Positions 28,769 through 40,328 are shown, numbered from the stretch's first letter. The stretch is DNA of 64,000 bases from an uncultured Actinomycetota bacterium (GCA_963715305.1 CAVQSB010000019.1:19072-83071), one strand, 5' to 3'. Numbers and translations: made by a program. The notes: generated by a model not told the origin, from the letters alone.

Positions 28769-29876
28769 TTACCCGCACGCAGCTTTGAGAGTGAAATACG
28801 GGTTCATGGGTGATCCGCCTCCCGGATGAATCTGGAAATGAACATGCGGCGCCCCTCCGTAGGCGTTGCCGGAGTTCCCGTTATAGCCGATCACGTCGCC
28901 TTTCGATACATAGGCACCCGTTGAGATGCCCGGAGCCCAGCCACTCAAGTGAGCGTAGTAGTAGCCCGTACGGTTATCGGAGGTGAGCCATACGGAGTTG
29001 CCGCCCAGCGAGTTTGTGTACGCTCGCACCGTGCCGCTCACCACCGCATACACGGGCTGGCCCATAGGTGCGAACACGTCGGTGCCCTTATGGCTCCGAC
29101 CGCCGGAGCGGGGGAAACCCCAATCGTTGATGAATTGCGTAGCACCAGGGCTCATGGGACAGATGAACCCCGAGGTCACGGACGAAGGCACACCACCGGA
29201 CGCTCCCTTGGCCCGGGCCGCCGCGGCTGCAGCTGCGGCCGCCAGCTGTGCGTCGTATTCGGACCGGAGCTTCCTACAGTCATCGCTCAGCGTTCGGTAG
29301 GCCGCCTCTTTCTTGTTCATCGAATCTTCCATGAGTTCGGCGACGTCGAGAGCTTCCTGGTTGAGAACCACCAAGCGCTCCTGATCGACCTTCAGCTCCT
29401 CTTGCCACCTCTCCATATCGTTCTTGAGAGCGGCCAGGTGGTCGAGGGAAGAAATGTCTTCTTCGGTCACAACCTGGAGAAACTCCTGACCGGTCAGTAC
29501 TTCGTCCACCGATGAAGACGACAAGACGAATTCGGCGACCTGGCTTCCGCCGTCCATGTACATCTCGACCGCTCGGCCGACCACCCGCTCGCGAATATCG
29601 GCAACATCGGTTTGCTTCTCTTCGATGCGGTCGCGTAGTTGCAAGACTCGCAGGCTCACACTCTCGAGTTCCTCGTTGACTTCGTTGTACCGGGCGAGGG
29701 CATCGGCGGCGCGGGCCGCTGCAGCATCCCATTCGTCGAGCGCCGCTTTCGAGTTCACGCAGGCGGCATCGACCTGCGCCTTGGTGACAGATGACGCAGG
29801 CAGCGCGGAACCAAACACCCACAGCAGGACGAGGGGAAAGACAAAAAGGACGCGGCGCGCCAGAAAACCAATGCAT
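28769..29876 (-). CDS. M23 family metallopeptidase with long N-terminal coiled-coil region (secreted peptidoglycan endopeptidase-like); possible 1-nt frame change at codon 2
   Basis: C-terminal HKGTDVFAPMGQPVYA...GYYYAHLSG...GNSGNAYGGAPHVHFQIHP has the M23 HxxxD/HxH motifs. ATG at 29876 followed by one extra nucleotide would give a clean signal peptide MIGFLARRVLFVFPLVLLWVFGSALPASS. Confidence 0.6.
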
Positions 29877-29931
29877 AACGCCCTTCAGCGTAGTGAGATA
29901 TCGAACTCTTGAGAAGTCACAGCCCGCCGCG

Positions 29932-30958
29932 CTACAGCAACAACGTGACGAAAGGCGGGTACATCAGTGCGGCAAGCACCGGCCCGTCGAGGGCGACGAA
30001 GGAACCCTCTACGGCATCGGTCAGGTACACCTCGCCGACTCTGATGAGACTGCCCATGGAGATCCCGGCCACCAACCCGACGGCGACGAACATCCCGACC
30101 AGGAACATGCCGACGAAGTTGAGATCCCAGACGAACGAAGCTGCAACAGCGGTCACAACGGTGGCCAGAACGGCTCCCGTTAGCGGATCAAGCGACGGCC
30201 TCCTCGCGCGAGCCAACAGGCCGGCGGTGGCCTTGCCAATGATGACCATGGCCAGGAATACCCAGATGAGGTCCTGCCCGATCACCGTCTGGATGCGCAC
30301 CAACACCAGAGATCCGACCGACAGGGCCGCGGCCAGCGCCACCGTCGCGGTCGAAACCAGTGAGACCAGGCTGCGGTGCCGCACAGAGAAGACCCCGGAG
30401 ATGAGAGTGATCATGACGGCCAGGCCGGCCGCCACTCCCAGGCCGATCCCGGAACCCGCAGGGGACAGTTCCGCCACCTCGAATCCGTACGTCGCTAAAC
30501 CACCGGCCAGCACGGCCAGCAATACGGGAACCCGGTAAGGACGCCATGGGTCATCGTCGCCGCTGATGTCCCATACCCAGAGTGCTGCGACCCCGACCAG
30601 AACAGCAACAAACCAGGCCGGCTCGGCGAAGGCGTTGGCGATCAACAGTGCCAGGGTGGCCACGGTCACCTGGATACCGGCGACCGTCAACGTGGCTGCC
30701 GCCCCACCGGACACAGGAGGTATCAGCGCCACCTCGTCGAGCGGGCCGACCGGGTCTTGGGGATCGGCTGGTTCCCCATTGAGCCAGACCCGCGGCATGG
30801 TCGAGGCTTTGCTGGAACTGGCGGCCATAACGATCGGCGGCCTGGTCGAGTACCGCACCGACGGTCTCGCCTGAGATTTCAACTGAGGACGAACCGGCCA
30901 GTTCTCTGAGATTGGCGAAGAGGCGAAGGTGTGCCATGACCACAGAGGTTAACGCCAA
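29932..30958 (-). pseudogene. MoaD/ThiS-like sulfur-carrier domain (frameshift near 30797) that ends in GG and continues, without a stop, into a ~250-aa polytopic membrane domain
   Basis: MALTSVVMAHLRLFANLRELAGSSSVEISGETVGAVLDQAADRYG in ORF 30551..30958. RVWLNGEPADPQDPVGPLDEVALIPPVSGG-AAATLTV...(about 7 TM) in ORF 29932..30882. Confidence 0.4.
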
Positions 30959-30979
30959 GATTTGCGAAGGTACATTGTG

Positions 30980-31355
30980 ATGGTGAGATTCCTCATAGAC
31001 CAGACGGCCGCCGCCGCCCCGTACGTCCAGGTGCGGGACCAGATCCAGGCGGCGATCCGGTCCGGTGAGCTACCGGTGGGAGCCCGACTTCCGGCCATCC
31101 GCAGCCTCGCAGACAACGGCGAGTGTCGCTCCCGGCACGGTCGCCCGTGCCTATCGGGAGCTCGAAACGCAGGGCCTGCTCGAAACCCGCGGGCGCCATG
31201 GAACCTTCGTGTCCGACCCGGCCGAAGCCCGCAATCTCCACCGACGGGAACTGTCGGATCTCGCCGAGTCGTACGCCAGGACCGCCGCCCGGCACGGCGT
31301 TCGACCGGCCGTTGCGCTCGATCTCATCGACCAGGCGTTGCGCAACCAGGAATGA
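30980..31355 (+). pseudogene. Small GntR-family HTH transcriptional regulator, frameshift near 31120
   Basis: VRDQIQAAIRSGELPVGARLPAIRSLA, then in a second frame VAPGTVARAYRELETQGLLETRGRHGTFV (winged-helix GntR N-domain pattern). Confidence 0.5.
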
Positions 31356-31357
31356 CC

Positions 31358-32644
31358 TCAGGCTGAAGTTTCCTCCGCGGCTTCAACAACGACCGCCGTC
31401 TCCGCCTTCTGCTTGGCTCCCAGACCGCTCAGGATGTTGATCCCCGTGGCCGTCTCAATCTGTTCGGTCAGCTTGATCACCGCCGCCGGGAGCTGGCTCA
31501 TGACCTCGGGAATCCCCTGCGATCCGTTCCCGGAGTCGATCACGGTCACCTTGTCGATGGCGACACCCTTGACCGTATCGACGATCTGACCGAGCAGGTC
31601 GGGGAGCATATTGAGCACGAAGATCTGCTGAGCGTCGTCGCCGGCTGCCTGGTACTGCTCGATGAGCCGCCTGAACACCTCGATCTGGGCGGCCCCGTCC
31701 TCGATGATCTTGGCGGCTTCGCCCTTGGCCCGCAGTTCCTTGGCTTCCTTCTCGGCCCGGGCCGGAGTGATCACGTCGGCTTCGAGACGGCGCTTCTGCA
31801 ACTCGATCCGTTCGGTTTCGAGGGACTGCTCGGCGACGGCCTTCGCCTTCTCGCCGGCTACCTCTGCCTCCCGCTCCTTGGCGATCCCCAACGCGTCGAG
31901 TTCGGCTTGTCGAACCCGCAGGGCGTTGGTCTTCTCAACAATGTCGAGGTTGGCGTTGATCTGGGCGATCTCCGCCCGACGGCGGGCCCCCGCCTCGGCT
32001 TCCTGTGCCTCGGTCTGGCGTTCCGCCTCGGCGACCCGCGCCTCCATGATGACCTGCGCCGTCCGCCTGCGACCCACCGAGTCGAGGTAATCGACTTCAT
32101 CGGTGACGTTCTGGATCTTGAGCACGTCCAGGTCGAGCCCGAGGGTGCGCATGTCGTCGTCGGCTTCATCGATCAGCGTCTGAGCGAATTTGAGGCGGTC
32201 CTCGTTGACTTCCTCCGGGGTAAGGGTGGCCAGCACGCCGCGCAAGTTGGCTTCGAGGGTCTCCTTGGCGATCTTCTGCACGTACTCGGTTGGACGGTCC
32301 AGGAACCGCTCGATGGCGTTGTCGAGCACGCCTTCACGACTGGAGATCTTGATGTTGCCGACTGCCTGGACCGACAGCGGGATGGCGCCCTTGGAGTAAG
32401 CGTTTTGCACGTTGACGTCGATGGCGATGGTGTTGAGCTCCATCCAATCGACTTTCTCCAGCAGGGGAATGCGAAGCGTCCGGCCACCGCGCAAGACGCG
32501 ATATCCGGGTTGCCCTTCCTTGCCGCGTCCGGAAATAACCGCCACCAGGTTCGGCGGACAGATCACGATGAAGGACCGAACACTGATGAGCACCAGCGCA
32601 ATGGCCAGAACAACAATCACCGCAACGGTGATAACTACGTCCAT
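31358..32644 (-). CDS. Flotillin-like SPFH/band-7 protein (FloT/YuaG-like)
   Basis: 428 aa with an N-terminal TM and an SPFH domain. The C-terminal half has a long Ala/Glu-rich coiled coil. Intact. Confidence 0.75.
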   Translation of the reverse strand: MDVVITVAVIVVLAIALVLISVRSFIVICPPNLVAVISGRGKEGQPGYRVLRGGRTLRIPLLEKVDWMELNTIAIDVNVQNAYSKGAIPLSVQAVGNIKISSREGVLDNAIERFLDRPTEYVQKIAKETLEANLRGVLATLTPEEVNEDRLKFAQTLIDEADDDMRTLGLDLDVLKIQNVTDEVDYLDSVGRRRTAQVIMEARVAEAERQTEAQEAEAGARRRAEIAQINANLDIVEKTNALRVRQAELDALGIAKEREAEVAGEKAKAVAEQSLETERIELQKRRLEADVITPARAEKEAKELRAKGEAAKIIEDGAAQIEVFRRLIEQYQAAGDDAQQIFVLNMLPDLLGQIVDTVKGVAIDKVTVIDSGNGSQGIPEVMSQLPAAVIKLTEQIETATGINILSGLGAKQKAETAVVVEAAEETSA

Positions 32645-32708
32645 GTTTCAACCTCTCTACGAAAGCTCTCGAAACGACGACACCCGGGCAGTGCCCTTCG
32701 ATTGACTT

Positions 32709-33230
32709 CTACGACCACGACCGATTCACCGACCCCGAATTCGCCGTCTTCGGAAGGGTCGAAGGGACGGCGGTCAGATTGATGGTCTGACCTTCGACCT
32801 CGCAGGTGATCCGACCTTTCGAAGTCACGGAGATCGGCACGGTCACCCGGCCGACGGCGCCACTCAGCTTGCGGTCGCTCACGTCGGTGCCGACCGACGA
32901 GGTCTTGAGGTAGCGGAACACACGGTTGTTCAGACTGGCGGCAAACAGCCCCAGGGCGATCGCCACGATCAGAGCGATTACCAAGTTCGTCGACAGAGCG
33001 GTCAGGATCAAACCCGTTGCGCCGAAGAACGCCAGGAAGAACACGATCGAACGAAAGGACAACAGCGAAAGGGCCGCAGCCGCGATCCCCCCTCCGGCAT
33101 CACCGACCGAATCGAAGTCGACGTCGATATCCGCGTCGACGTCGACCTCGCCGCCCTCTCCACCGAAGAAGACGAAGAAGAGCAGGAAAGGCCACCCGAC
33201 GATCGCAGCGAAGGCAAATACAGCCGTCAT
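32709..33230 (-). CDS. NfeD-like membrane protein (YuaF-like), partner of flotillin
   Basis: N-terminal TM helices plus a C-terminal OB-fold-like region (GRVTVPISVTSKGRITCEVEGQTINL). Lies immediately upstream of flotillin on the same strand. Confidence 0.6.
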   Translation of the reverse strand: MTAVFAFAAIVGWPFLLFFVFFGGEGGEVDVDADIDVDFDSVGDAGGGIAAAALSLLSFRSIVFFLAFFGATGLILTALSTNLVIALIVAIALGLFAASLNNRVFRYLKTSSVGTDVSDRKLSGAVGRVTVPISVTSKGRITCEVEGQTINLTAVPSTLPKTANSGSVNRSWS

Positions 33231-33407
33231 ACGTTCAACGATACTCGGTAGTCGGCACCAACCCGACCGAACAGATCCCCGTGACAGGGCAGTCCGCCAC
33301 CATCAATAGGCCATCCGGCCCTCCGTTCGAAGCAGTCCCGGGCGGTATCTTTCGACAAAGAACCCCCCGGACTGGTTGCGCGAGCACCATCGACGATCGG
33401 AGGCAGT

Positions 33408-34540
33408 ATGTCGGACAAGCAAGCCGATCTGGCCGGACCCGGAATCGGCAACTACGAGGACCTCGCCAAAGTCCTGCCCGACGACTACCTATCGTTCCTC
33501 AACCCGCAGGAGACCATGCAGGCGGTGTTCGCCGCCAAGCAGTACATCGAAGAGCACCTGGCCGAAGAGCTCAACCTGATGATGGTGCAGGTGCCGCTCA
33601 TCGTCGACGTTCACAGCGGTGTCAACGACGACCTCGATAGGGACGGTTCGCGAACCCCGATCGGATTCCACATCTCCAACGATCATGACCGACACCCGGT
33701 TGATGCGCAGATCGTCCAGGCCGCCACCAAGTGGAAGCGCGTCGCCCTCAAGCAGTTCGGCATGCAACCGGGCGAGGGTCTGCTGACCGACATGAAGGCG
33801 GTCCGCAAGGATTACTTCCTGGACCATGACCACAGCGCCTACGTGGATCAATGGGATTGGGAAAAGGCAATCACGGCCGATCAGCGCAACCTGGACTACC
33901 TGACCGAGACGGTGCGCAAGATATGGAAGAGTCATCAAAGGCGCCGAGCAGCACGTCATGGAGTTGTTCCCGGCGCTTCGCACGGACCAGTACCCGGACC
34001 TCCCCGACGAACTCGACGTTCCTTCACGCCGAGGACATACTGGGGATGTACCCGGACCTGCCCCGCAAGCAACGAGAAACCGAGGTGTTGCAGAAGTTCC
34101 CCGGTGTGTTCATCTACGGCATCGGCTGGACCCTCGAAGACGGGTACCCACACGAGATGCGCGCGGCAGACTACGACGACTGGATCACGCCGACCGTCTC
34201 GGATGACGGGTGGCCGATGCACGGTCTCAACGGTGACATCCTGGTGTGGAATCCGGTTACTAAACGGCGCCACGAGCTGACCTCGATGGGCGTGCGGGTC
34301 ACCAAAGAAACCCTCGTCAAACAGCTCGAGCTCACCGGCCAGATGGACTTCCTGAAACTGCCGTATCACCAGGCGATCATGAACGACGAGATCCCGCTCT
34401 CGATCGGGGGTGGCATCGGCCAGTCCCGGACCTACATGGCGCTGTTGAAGAAGGCCCACCTTGGTGAGGTGAGCGTCACCGTCTGGCCGCAGATCCTCAA
34501 GGATCTCTGCGCAGAGCGAAATATCTTCGTCCTCGAGTAG
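33408..34540 (+). pseudogene. asnA: Aspartate--ammonia ligase AsnA, 2 frame changes (about 33935, 34015)
   Basis: LNLMMVQVPLIVDV...SGVNDDL, KAVRKDYFLDHDHSAYVDQWDWE and, in other frames, MELFPALRTDQYPDLPDEL then FLHAEDILGMYPDLP...GDILVWNPV...IGGGIGQSR align along E. coli AsnA (from memory). Confidence 0.65.
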
Positions 34541-34603
34541 CCGGCAGGGAGGGTGGGAGCAAGGCGAGGGGAACCTCGACGGACCTGCCAACGTCGCAAC
34601 TCC

Positions 34604-35038
34604 ATGAACAGGGTTGTTCTCGCAACGTTGATCGCTGCGCTGCTGTTTGGTTGTTCGCCGTCCGCTGATCCCATCACGACGATCGCCGGCCTCAACGATG
34701 CCGCCCTGCCAGCCGGCACCTACCGGGTGGTCGGATACCTGGTTTTCCTCGACGACTGCGGTTTCTGTCCTCCCGGTGCAGCCTGTGAGCCGTGCGCCGG
34801 CCCTGCCTTCTCGGTTCTCGCCGACGACCAGGAGCGAAGCATCGAATGGTCCGGCTCAACAATGGAGAGCGCCGAGCAGTTGGGGATCGACCATCTCCTC
34901 CTGAGCATCAACCTCGACAACGAGGACAGGCTCGAACAGTCCGTGCGATATGAGATGACCATCGAGTTGACCGACAGCACTCCGTACGGGGGAAGCAACC
35001 GGCTGGCCACTCTGCTGGCGTTTTCCAAACATCGTTGA
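34604..35038 (+). CDS. Hypothetical lipoprotein
   Basis: MNRVVLATLIAALLFGCSPS lipobox. Intact 145 aa. Cys-rich (CGFCPPGAACEPCAGP). Confidence 0.4.
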   Translation: MNRVVLATLIAALLFGCSPSADPITTIAGLNDAALPAGTYRVVGYLVFLDDCGFCPPGAACEPCAGPAFSVLADDQERSIEWSGSTMESAEQLGIDHLLLSINLDNEDRLEQSVRYEMTIELTDSTPYGGSNRLATLLAFSKHR

Positions 35039-35138
35039 GAACCAGGGGCCCTGAGTTCGCGAGTCATCCAAATTTCTGTCGGCTTCGTACTACATGCACA
35101 AGCCTGCTCCGCAGGAAACGAAGCTCAACAGGAGACAT

Positions 35139-35666
35139 GACATGAAGATCCGAGTAATCGCTCTGGCATCCGTGCTGGCCATCGTGGGAGCAGCATGCTC
35201 ATCCGCTGATACCACCGAAGAAACCACCACCACAACCGTGGCTGAAGAGATGATGGAAGAGACCATCGTCGACGTGGCCGTCGGTGCAGGATTCAACACC
35301 CTGGTCACCGCCGTCCAGGCCGCCGGCCTGGTGGACACCCTCAACGGCGAAGGACCGTTCACGGTGTTTGCTCCGACCGATGAGGCCTTCGCTGCCCTCC
35401 CCGAAGGCGTGCTCGACGGTCTGCTGGCCGACCCGGCAGCCCTGGCCGAAGTCCTGAAGTACCACGTTGTGTCCGGCGAGGTGCTGGCAGCCGACGTTGT
35501 CGGGCTCGACTCTGCCACCACGGTGCAAGGTGAGAACATAGCCATTGCCGTGGTTGACGGAACCGTCGTTCTCAACGGCACGGCCAATGTCGTCACGACC
35601 GACGTGATGGCTTCGAACGGCGTCATCCACGTGATCGACGCTGTCATCCTCCCGCCGTCGTCGTAG
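35139..35666 (+). CDS. Fasciclin (FAS1) domain secreted protein, MPT70/MPB70-like
   Basis: Signal peptide [24 protein letters not shown]1 motifs [10 protein letters not shown] and [11 protein letters not shown]. Confidence 0.7.
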   Translation, partial: DMKIRVIALASVLAIVGAACSSADTTEETTTTTVAEEMMEETIVDVAVGAGFNTLVTAVQAAGLVDTLNGEGPFTVFAPTDEAFAALPEGVLDGLLADPAALAEVLKYHVVSGEVLAADVVGLDSATTVQGENIAIAVVDGTVVLNGTANVVTTDVMASNGVIHVIDAVILPPSS

Positions 35667-35770
35667 TCACCACAACCACCACAAGCGGGCGAGACCCGCT
35701 GCTCAGGGCCCCCGATCAGATTCGGGGGCCCTTCTCATGGCCGAACCAGCATCGAGGGCAAACTCTCGCT

Positions 35771-36661
35771 TCAGGACCCTCCGGCGACCCTGAGGATCGC
35801 CAGGGCGATCTCCTTGGGGACTTCTTCCTGGAGGAAGTGCCCGGCCCCGGTTCGGGTGACCCGGGCCTCGGGCAGCATCCGCGCGATGTGATTGCGAGCC
35901 CCGCCCAGGACCGGGTCGCGGTCCCCCCAGACGATTTCCGCCGGGCCGGGATAGGTGCGAACGAATTCGCCGACTCGCCGCAGAGCCTGGATGGAAGGGT
36001 GGTCCATGGAATCGGGGACCATGCGGGTCAGCGCCAGCGGCGCCTGGTTGTGGCGCCGGTCTCGCAGCGGATACCGGTACGCCCGGGCGACCGCTCCCCG
36101 GATGCTGGATCGGTCACCTTGCGCGGCCGCCAAAGCAATCTGGGGGAAACCGACCAGGCGGTAGGCCAGGTCACTGACGACCGGCCACCGCCCGAAGCGG
36201 TGGAAGGCGGTCGCCGTGAAGTCCGGTTTCGGTTCGCTCAAGGCAGTGTTGAGAACAACGAGACCGCCCAGACGATCGGGACGGGTTGCCATGGCCCCCA
36301 CTCCGATGGCGCCTCCCCAGTCCTGTACCACCAGGACCAGGTCGTCGAGGGCTAGCTCGTCGACCAAACCTCCGAACCATTCGATATGGTGCTCGAGGGT
36401 ATGAGCGGCCGCCGCGGGCTTGTCGGAGAAACCCAGGCCGACCAGGTCGGGCATGATCACCCGCACCGGTTGACCGATCAGCGCCATGGCTACCTTGCGA
36501 TACAGGAACCCCCAACTCGGGTTGCCGTGCACGCACAACACCGGCCTTCCCTCGCCGATCTCCATCACATGGTTGCGATGATCACCCACCTCGATCAAGT
36601 AGCGGCGGAAGGGCACCATCTTTTCGAGCCAGACAGGTAGCGGCGGAGCAGGCGACGTCAT
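35771..36661 (-). CDS. Alpha/beta hydrolase, haloalkane dehalogenase-like
   Basis: VHGNPSWGFLYRKV and VVQDWGG nucleophile-elbow region. 296 aa, intact. Confidence 0.6.
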   Translation of the reverse strand: MTSPAPPLPVWLEKMVPFRRYLIEVGDHRNHVMEIGEGRPVLCVHGNPSWGFLYRKVAMALIGQPVRVIMPDLVGLGFSDKPAAAAHTLEHHIEWFGGLVDELALDDLVLVVQDWGGAIGVGAMATRPDRLGGLVVLNTALSEPKPDFTATAFHRFGRWPVVSDLAYRLVGFPQIALAAAQGDRSSIRGAVARAYRYPLRDRRHNQAPLALTRMVPDSMDHPSIQALRRVGEFVRTYPGPAEIVWGDRDPVLGGARNHIARMLPEARVTRTGAGHFLQEEVPKEIALAILRVAGGS

Positions 36662-36668
36662 GAGGGTT

Positions 36669-37860
36669 CTAGATCACTCCCATGGCTTGGCCGATTCTGG
36701 TGAAGGCTGCGGTGCCGTATTCAAGATCGTCTTCGGAGTGCGCGGCGGAGATCATGACCCGGATCCGGGCGGTACCCAGTTGCACGGTCGGGAAGGCAAT
36801 CGCCTGCGCGAAGACCGCTTCTTCGTCGAACAGTCGCCGCGAGAACTCCTGAGCAACCTTCTCATCCCCCAGCATCACCGGGGTGATGGGCGTCTCGCTG
36901 TGGCCGATGTCGAAGCCGGCGGCGCTCATCGCATCCTTGAACCATCGGGCGTTCGCCCAGAGACGGTCAACGAGTTCGGTGGATTCCTCCAGGATCTCGA
37001 CCGAAGCGATACAGGCCGCCACGTCCGGTGGGGTCACCGCCGACGAGAACAGGAACGGGCGAGCCCGCTGCATCAACCAGTCGATCAGTGCCTGCGGCCC
37101 GGCCACATAGCCTCCCATCACGCCGAAAGCCTTCGACATCGTGCCGACTTCGACCTCGACCCTTCCATGCAAACCGAAGTGGTCGACAATTCCCCGGCCG
37201 CCGCGGCCGAGCACGCCCTCACCGTGGGCGTCGTCGACCATGACCATCGCCTCGAACTCATCGGCGGCGTCGACGATGCGGTCCAGCGGAGCGATGTCGC
37301 CGTCCATCGAGAAGACCCCGTCGGTGATGATGAGAATGTTGCGAGCACCTTCCGCTCGCGCCTCGCCAAGCTTGACTCGCAGATCGAAGACATCGGCGTG
37401 GGCGTAGATCTTGCGGCCCGCTTTGGCCAGTCGCACACCGTCGATGATCGACGCATGGTTGAGGGCGTCGGTGATGATGACGTCTTCCTTGTCGACCAGA
37501 GCCGGGATCACGCCGACGTTGGCGACGAAACCGGACTGGAGCGAGATCGTTGCTTCGACGCCTTTGAAAGCAGCCAGCTTGGCTTCGAGCTCATCATGGA
37601 GGGTCATCGTGCCGGCGATGGTTCGCACCGCCCCGGGACCGATCCCGTAACGATCGAGCGCGGATCTTGGCCGCTGCGACCAGACGCGGGTGATTGGCCA
37701 AGCCGAGGTAGTTGTTCGAGCAGAAGTTGAGAACCCGCTTGCCATCGACCTGCAGCCAGGATCCCTGCGGGCCTTCGATGTGCCGGATGGTGTTGTAGAG
37801 GCCACCGGCCCGCAGTACTTGGACCTGCTCGGTGAGGAATCCGGTCTTGTCCATGTTCAA
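36669..37860 (-). pseudogene. kbl: Glycine C-acetyltransferase (2-amino-3-ketobutyrate CoA ligase, Kbl), one frame change near 37650
   Basis: N-terminus ([39 protein letters not shown]) in ORF 37594..37860. The rest, including the PLP-lysine region, in ORF 36669..37805. Sits 11 nt downstream of tdh. Confidence 0.7.
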
Positions 37861-37871
37861 CTCCCCGCCCG

Positions 37872-38930
37872 TCAGCTCAACGGCCCGTCGGCGTCGGCCG
37901 CGTCCGGGAACATCACCACCTTGCCGCAGTCCCCGGTGGCCATCAATTCGAACGCTTTCTCGAAGTCATCCAGGACGAATCGGTGGGTGACCAGGGGCGC
38001 AAGATCGATCGCACCCGAGCGGAGCAAACCGCGCATCTTGTACCAGGTGTCCCACAGCTTGCGTCCGACGATCCCGTAGACGCTCGCTCCTTTGAAGATG
38101 ATGTGATCGTCGAGATTGAAGCTGAGATCGGCCGAGGTCAAACCCAGCAGCGCTGCCTCCCCGCCCGGCTTGAGACAACGGAAACCTTCGTCGATCGCAC
38201 TTGGGGCTCCCGACATCTCCAGCAGCACATCGACGCCTTCGCCCTCCGTTGCATCCATTACCGCCGAGAACACGTCCTGCTTCTTCGGGTTGATGGTGAG
38301 ATCGGCCCCCATGGTCCACGCCATCGAGAGTCGGTAGTCACTGACATCGGTCGCGTAGACCGACCTGGCTCCGAGGGCCCGGGCGGCGGCAATCGCCATG
38401 ACGCCGACGGGCCCGCAGCCGGTGACCAGCACCTTGCGACCGGCCACCAGGGGAACGGAAGCGGTATGGACGGCATTCCCGAAGTTCTCCTGCAGCGACG
38501 CGATCGAGTACGGCATATCGGGAGGGTCGGCCCAGGCGTTGATCGCAGGAACGGCTACGTATTCGGCGTACGCACCATCGCGATGCACACCCAGGATCTC
38601 CGTGTTTTCGCACAGGTGTCCCTTGCCGGTCCGGCAGAAACTGCACTTGTTGCAGACGACGTGTGACTCGACGGAGACCAGCTGGCCGACGTCCGGTCCG
38701 TCGGCGTTGGCGCCCTTCTCGACGACGACCCCGCAGAGCTCGTGGCCGACGGTGAGGGGAAGCTTGACGTGATCCTGGGCCCAGGGGTTCCACTCATAGA
38801 TGTGCAGATCGGTCCCGCAGATCGACGTCGCTTTCACCTGGATCAGGACGTCCTCGTCACCTACTTCTGGCGTCGGTAGGTCGACCATTTCGAACCCGGA
38901 GCCGGGTTTGTTCTTCTGAATGGCTCGCAT
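37872..38930 (-). CDS. tdh: L-threonine 3-dehydrogenase (zinc-dependent MDR family)
   Basis: MRAIQKNKPGSGFEMVDLPTPEVGDEDVLIQVKATSICGTDLHIYEW plus GCGPVG Rossmann motif. 352 aa, intact. Forms a tdh-kbl pair. Confidence 0.8.
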   Translation of the reverse strand: MRAIQKNKPGSGFEMVDLPTPEVGDEDVLIQVKATSICGTDLHIYEWNPWAQDHVKLPLTVGHELCGVVVEKGANADGPDVGQLVSVESHVVCNKCSFCRTGKGHLCENTEILGVHRDGAYAEYVAVPAINAWADPPDMPYSIASLQENFGNAVHTASVPLVAGRKVLVTGCGPVGVMAIAAARALGARSVYATDVSDYRLSMAWTMGADLTINPKKQDVFSAVMDATEGEGVDVLLEMSGAPSAIDEGFRCLKPGGEAALLGLTSADLSFNLDDHIIFKGASVYGIVGRKLWDTWYKMRGLLRSGAIDLAPLVTHRFVLDDFEKAFELMATGDCGKVVMFPDAADADGPLS

Positions 38931-39029
38931 GGTTGCTCAGGTTAGCGGTGCGTTCAGACCGGTTGCCTACCGGCTGGAGGGCCGGCCATGCGTACGAACC
39001 CGGGGAAGCGAACCTCGTAGACTTCCCCG

Positions 39030-40061
39030 ATGCTGCGTGTGCTGGTGATCGGGGGGACGAGGTTCATCGGGTTGCATACGATCCGGGCGCTCGTCGCAGC
39101 GGGTTGCGAAGTGGCGGTGTTCCATCGGGGGACCACCGAAACGGCCGGGCTCCCCCACGTGCAGCATCTCCATGGTGACCGTCGCGATTTGTTGTCCTCC
39201 GTTCGAGATTTCGAGCGATTCGCTCCCGACGTCGTCCTGGACATGATCCCCCTCACCCGGGCCGATGCCGTGGACACCATGTTGGCCTTCACCGGCCTCG
39301 CCGGTCGATTGGTGGCCATCTCCAGCCAGGACGTCTACCTCGCCTACGACATCCTTCGGAATCGGGCCGACGAACCACCAGTCCCCCAACCCATGACGGA
39401 GGATGCCCCCCTCCGCACTCAGTTGTACCCCTATCGGGACCTCTTCCCACCAGACAACCGGATGTTCACCTACGACAAGATCCCCGTCGAGCAGACGTAT
39501 CTCGGCGAGGTCGGGCTGCCCGGAACCATCCTCCGACTCCCGGCGGTCTACGGACCCGATGACTACCAGCACCGGTTGTTCCCCTATCTGAAACGCATGG
39601 TCGATGGACGCCGGTGGATCCTGCTGGACGAGCAGGCATCCCAGTGGCGATGGAGCCGGATCTACGTACAGAACGCCGCGGAAGCGATTGCGATGGCCGT
39701 CGTGAGCGACGCAGCCTCCGGACGGACGTACAACGTTGCGGCACCGCAGGCGCGCACGGAGACCGAATGGGTCAAAGCGATCGGAGCTTCGTTTGGATGG
39801 TCGGGGGAGGTTGTGACCCTCCCAACCGAGCAGGTCCCCGACCATCTTCGTGATGAGGACTTGAACTTCGCACAAGATCTCGTGGCGGACACAACCAGGA
39901 TTCGTGACGAACTCGGCTTCCGCGAGTCTGTGGAACCTGAAGAGGCGATGGCCAGAACCATCGCCTGGGAAGTGGCCAACCTGCCAGATGAGCTACCGCC
40001 CAACCGTTTCGATTACGACGCGGAGGACGCCGCACTTCCCGACCTGACGCTGGGGATCTAG
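39030..40061 (+). CDS. NAD-dependent epimerase/dehydratase family protein
   Basis: MLRVLVIGGTRFIGLHTIRALVAAG (GxxGxxG Rossmann). 343 aa, intact. Confidence 0.6.
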   Translation: MLRVLVIGGTRFIGLHTIRALVAAGCEVAVFHRGTTETAGLPHVQHLHGDRRDLLSSVRDFERFAPDVVLDMIPLTRADAVDTMLAFTGLAGRLVAISSQDVYLAYDILRNRADEPPVPQPMTEDAPLRTQLYPYRDLFPPDNRMFTYDKIPVEQTYLGEVGLPGTILRLPAVYGPDDYQHRLFPYLKRMVDGRRWILLDEQASQWRWSRIYVQNAAEAIAMAVVSDAASGRTYNVAAPQARTETEWVKAIGASFGWSGEVVTLPTEQVPDHLRDEDLNFAQDLVADTTRIRDELGFRESVEPEEAMARTIAWEVANLPDELPPNRFDYDAEDAALPDLTLGI

Positions 40062-40082
40062 CGCTCCCGGCAGTTCTCCTGG

Positions 40083-40328
40083 TCAGATAGCGTAGACCCC
40101 CACCATCATCCTGAGCACCTCACCGTCTGCGAGGGTGGCTTCCTCATACCGGCCTTCGAACCCGACTTCGTTGAGGATGCGGAACCACTCGTCTCGGGAG
40201 AACAGACCGCATAGATGGCGGTCGTAGAGGACCGACGTGCTGGTCCCAAGCCGCAGCAGGTAGGCGAAATCCGTGACGTAGGTCGTGTCGTCCGGATCCG
40301 GATCGTGGGTCCATTGCAGATACCGCAT
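40083..40328 (-). pseudogene. Short gene remnant (81 aa) of unknown family
   Basis: Isolated short ORF between the epimerase and the nrdJ leader. It looks like a C-terminal fragment, with no start context. Confidence 0.2.
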
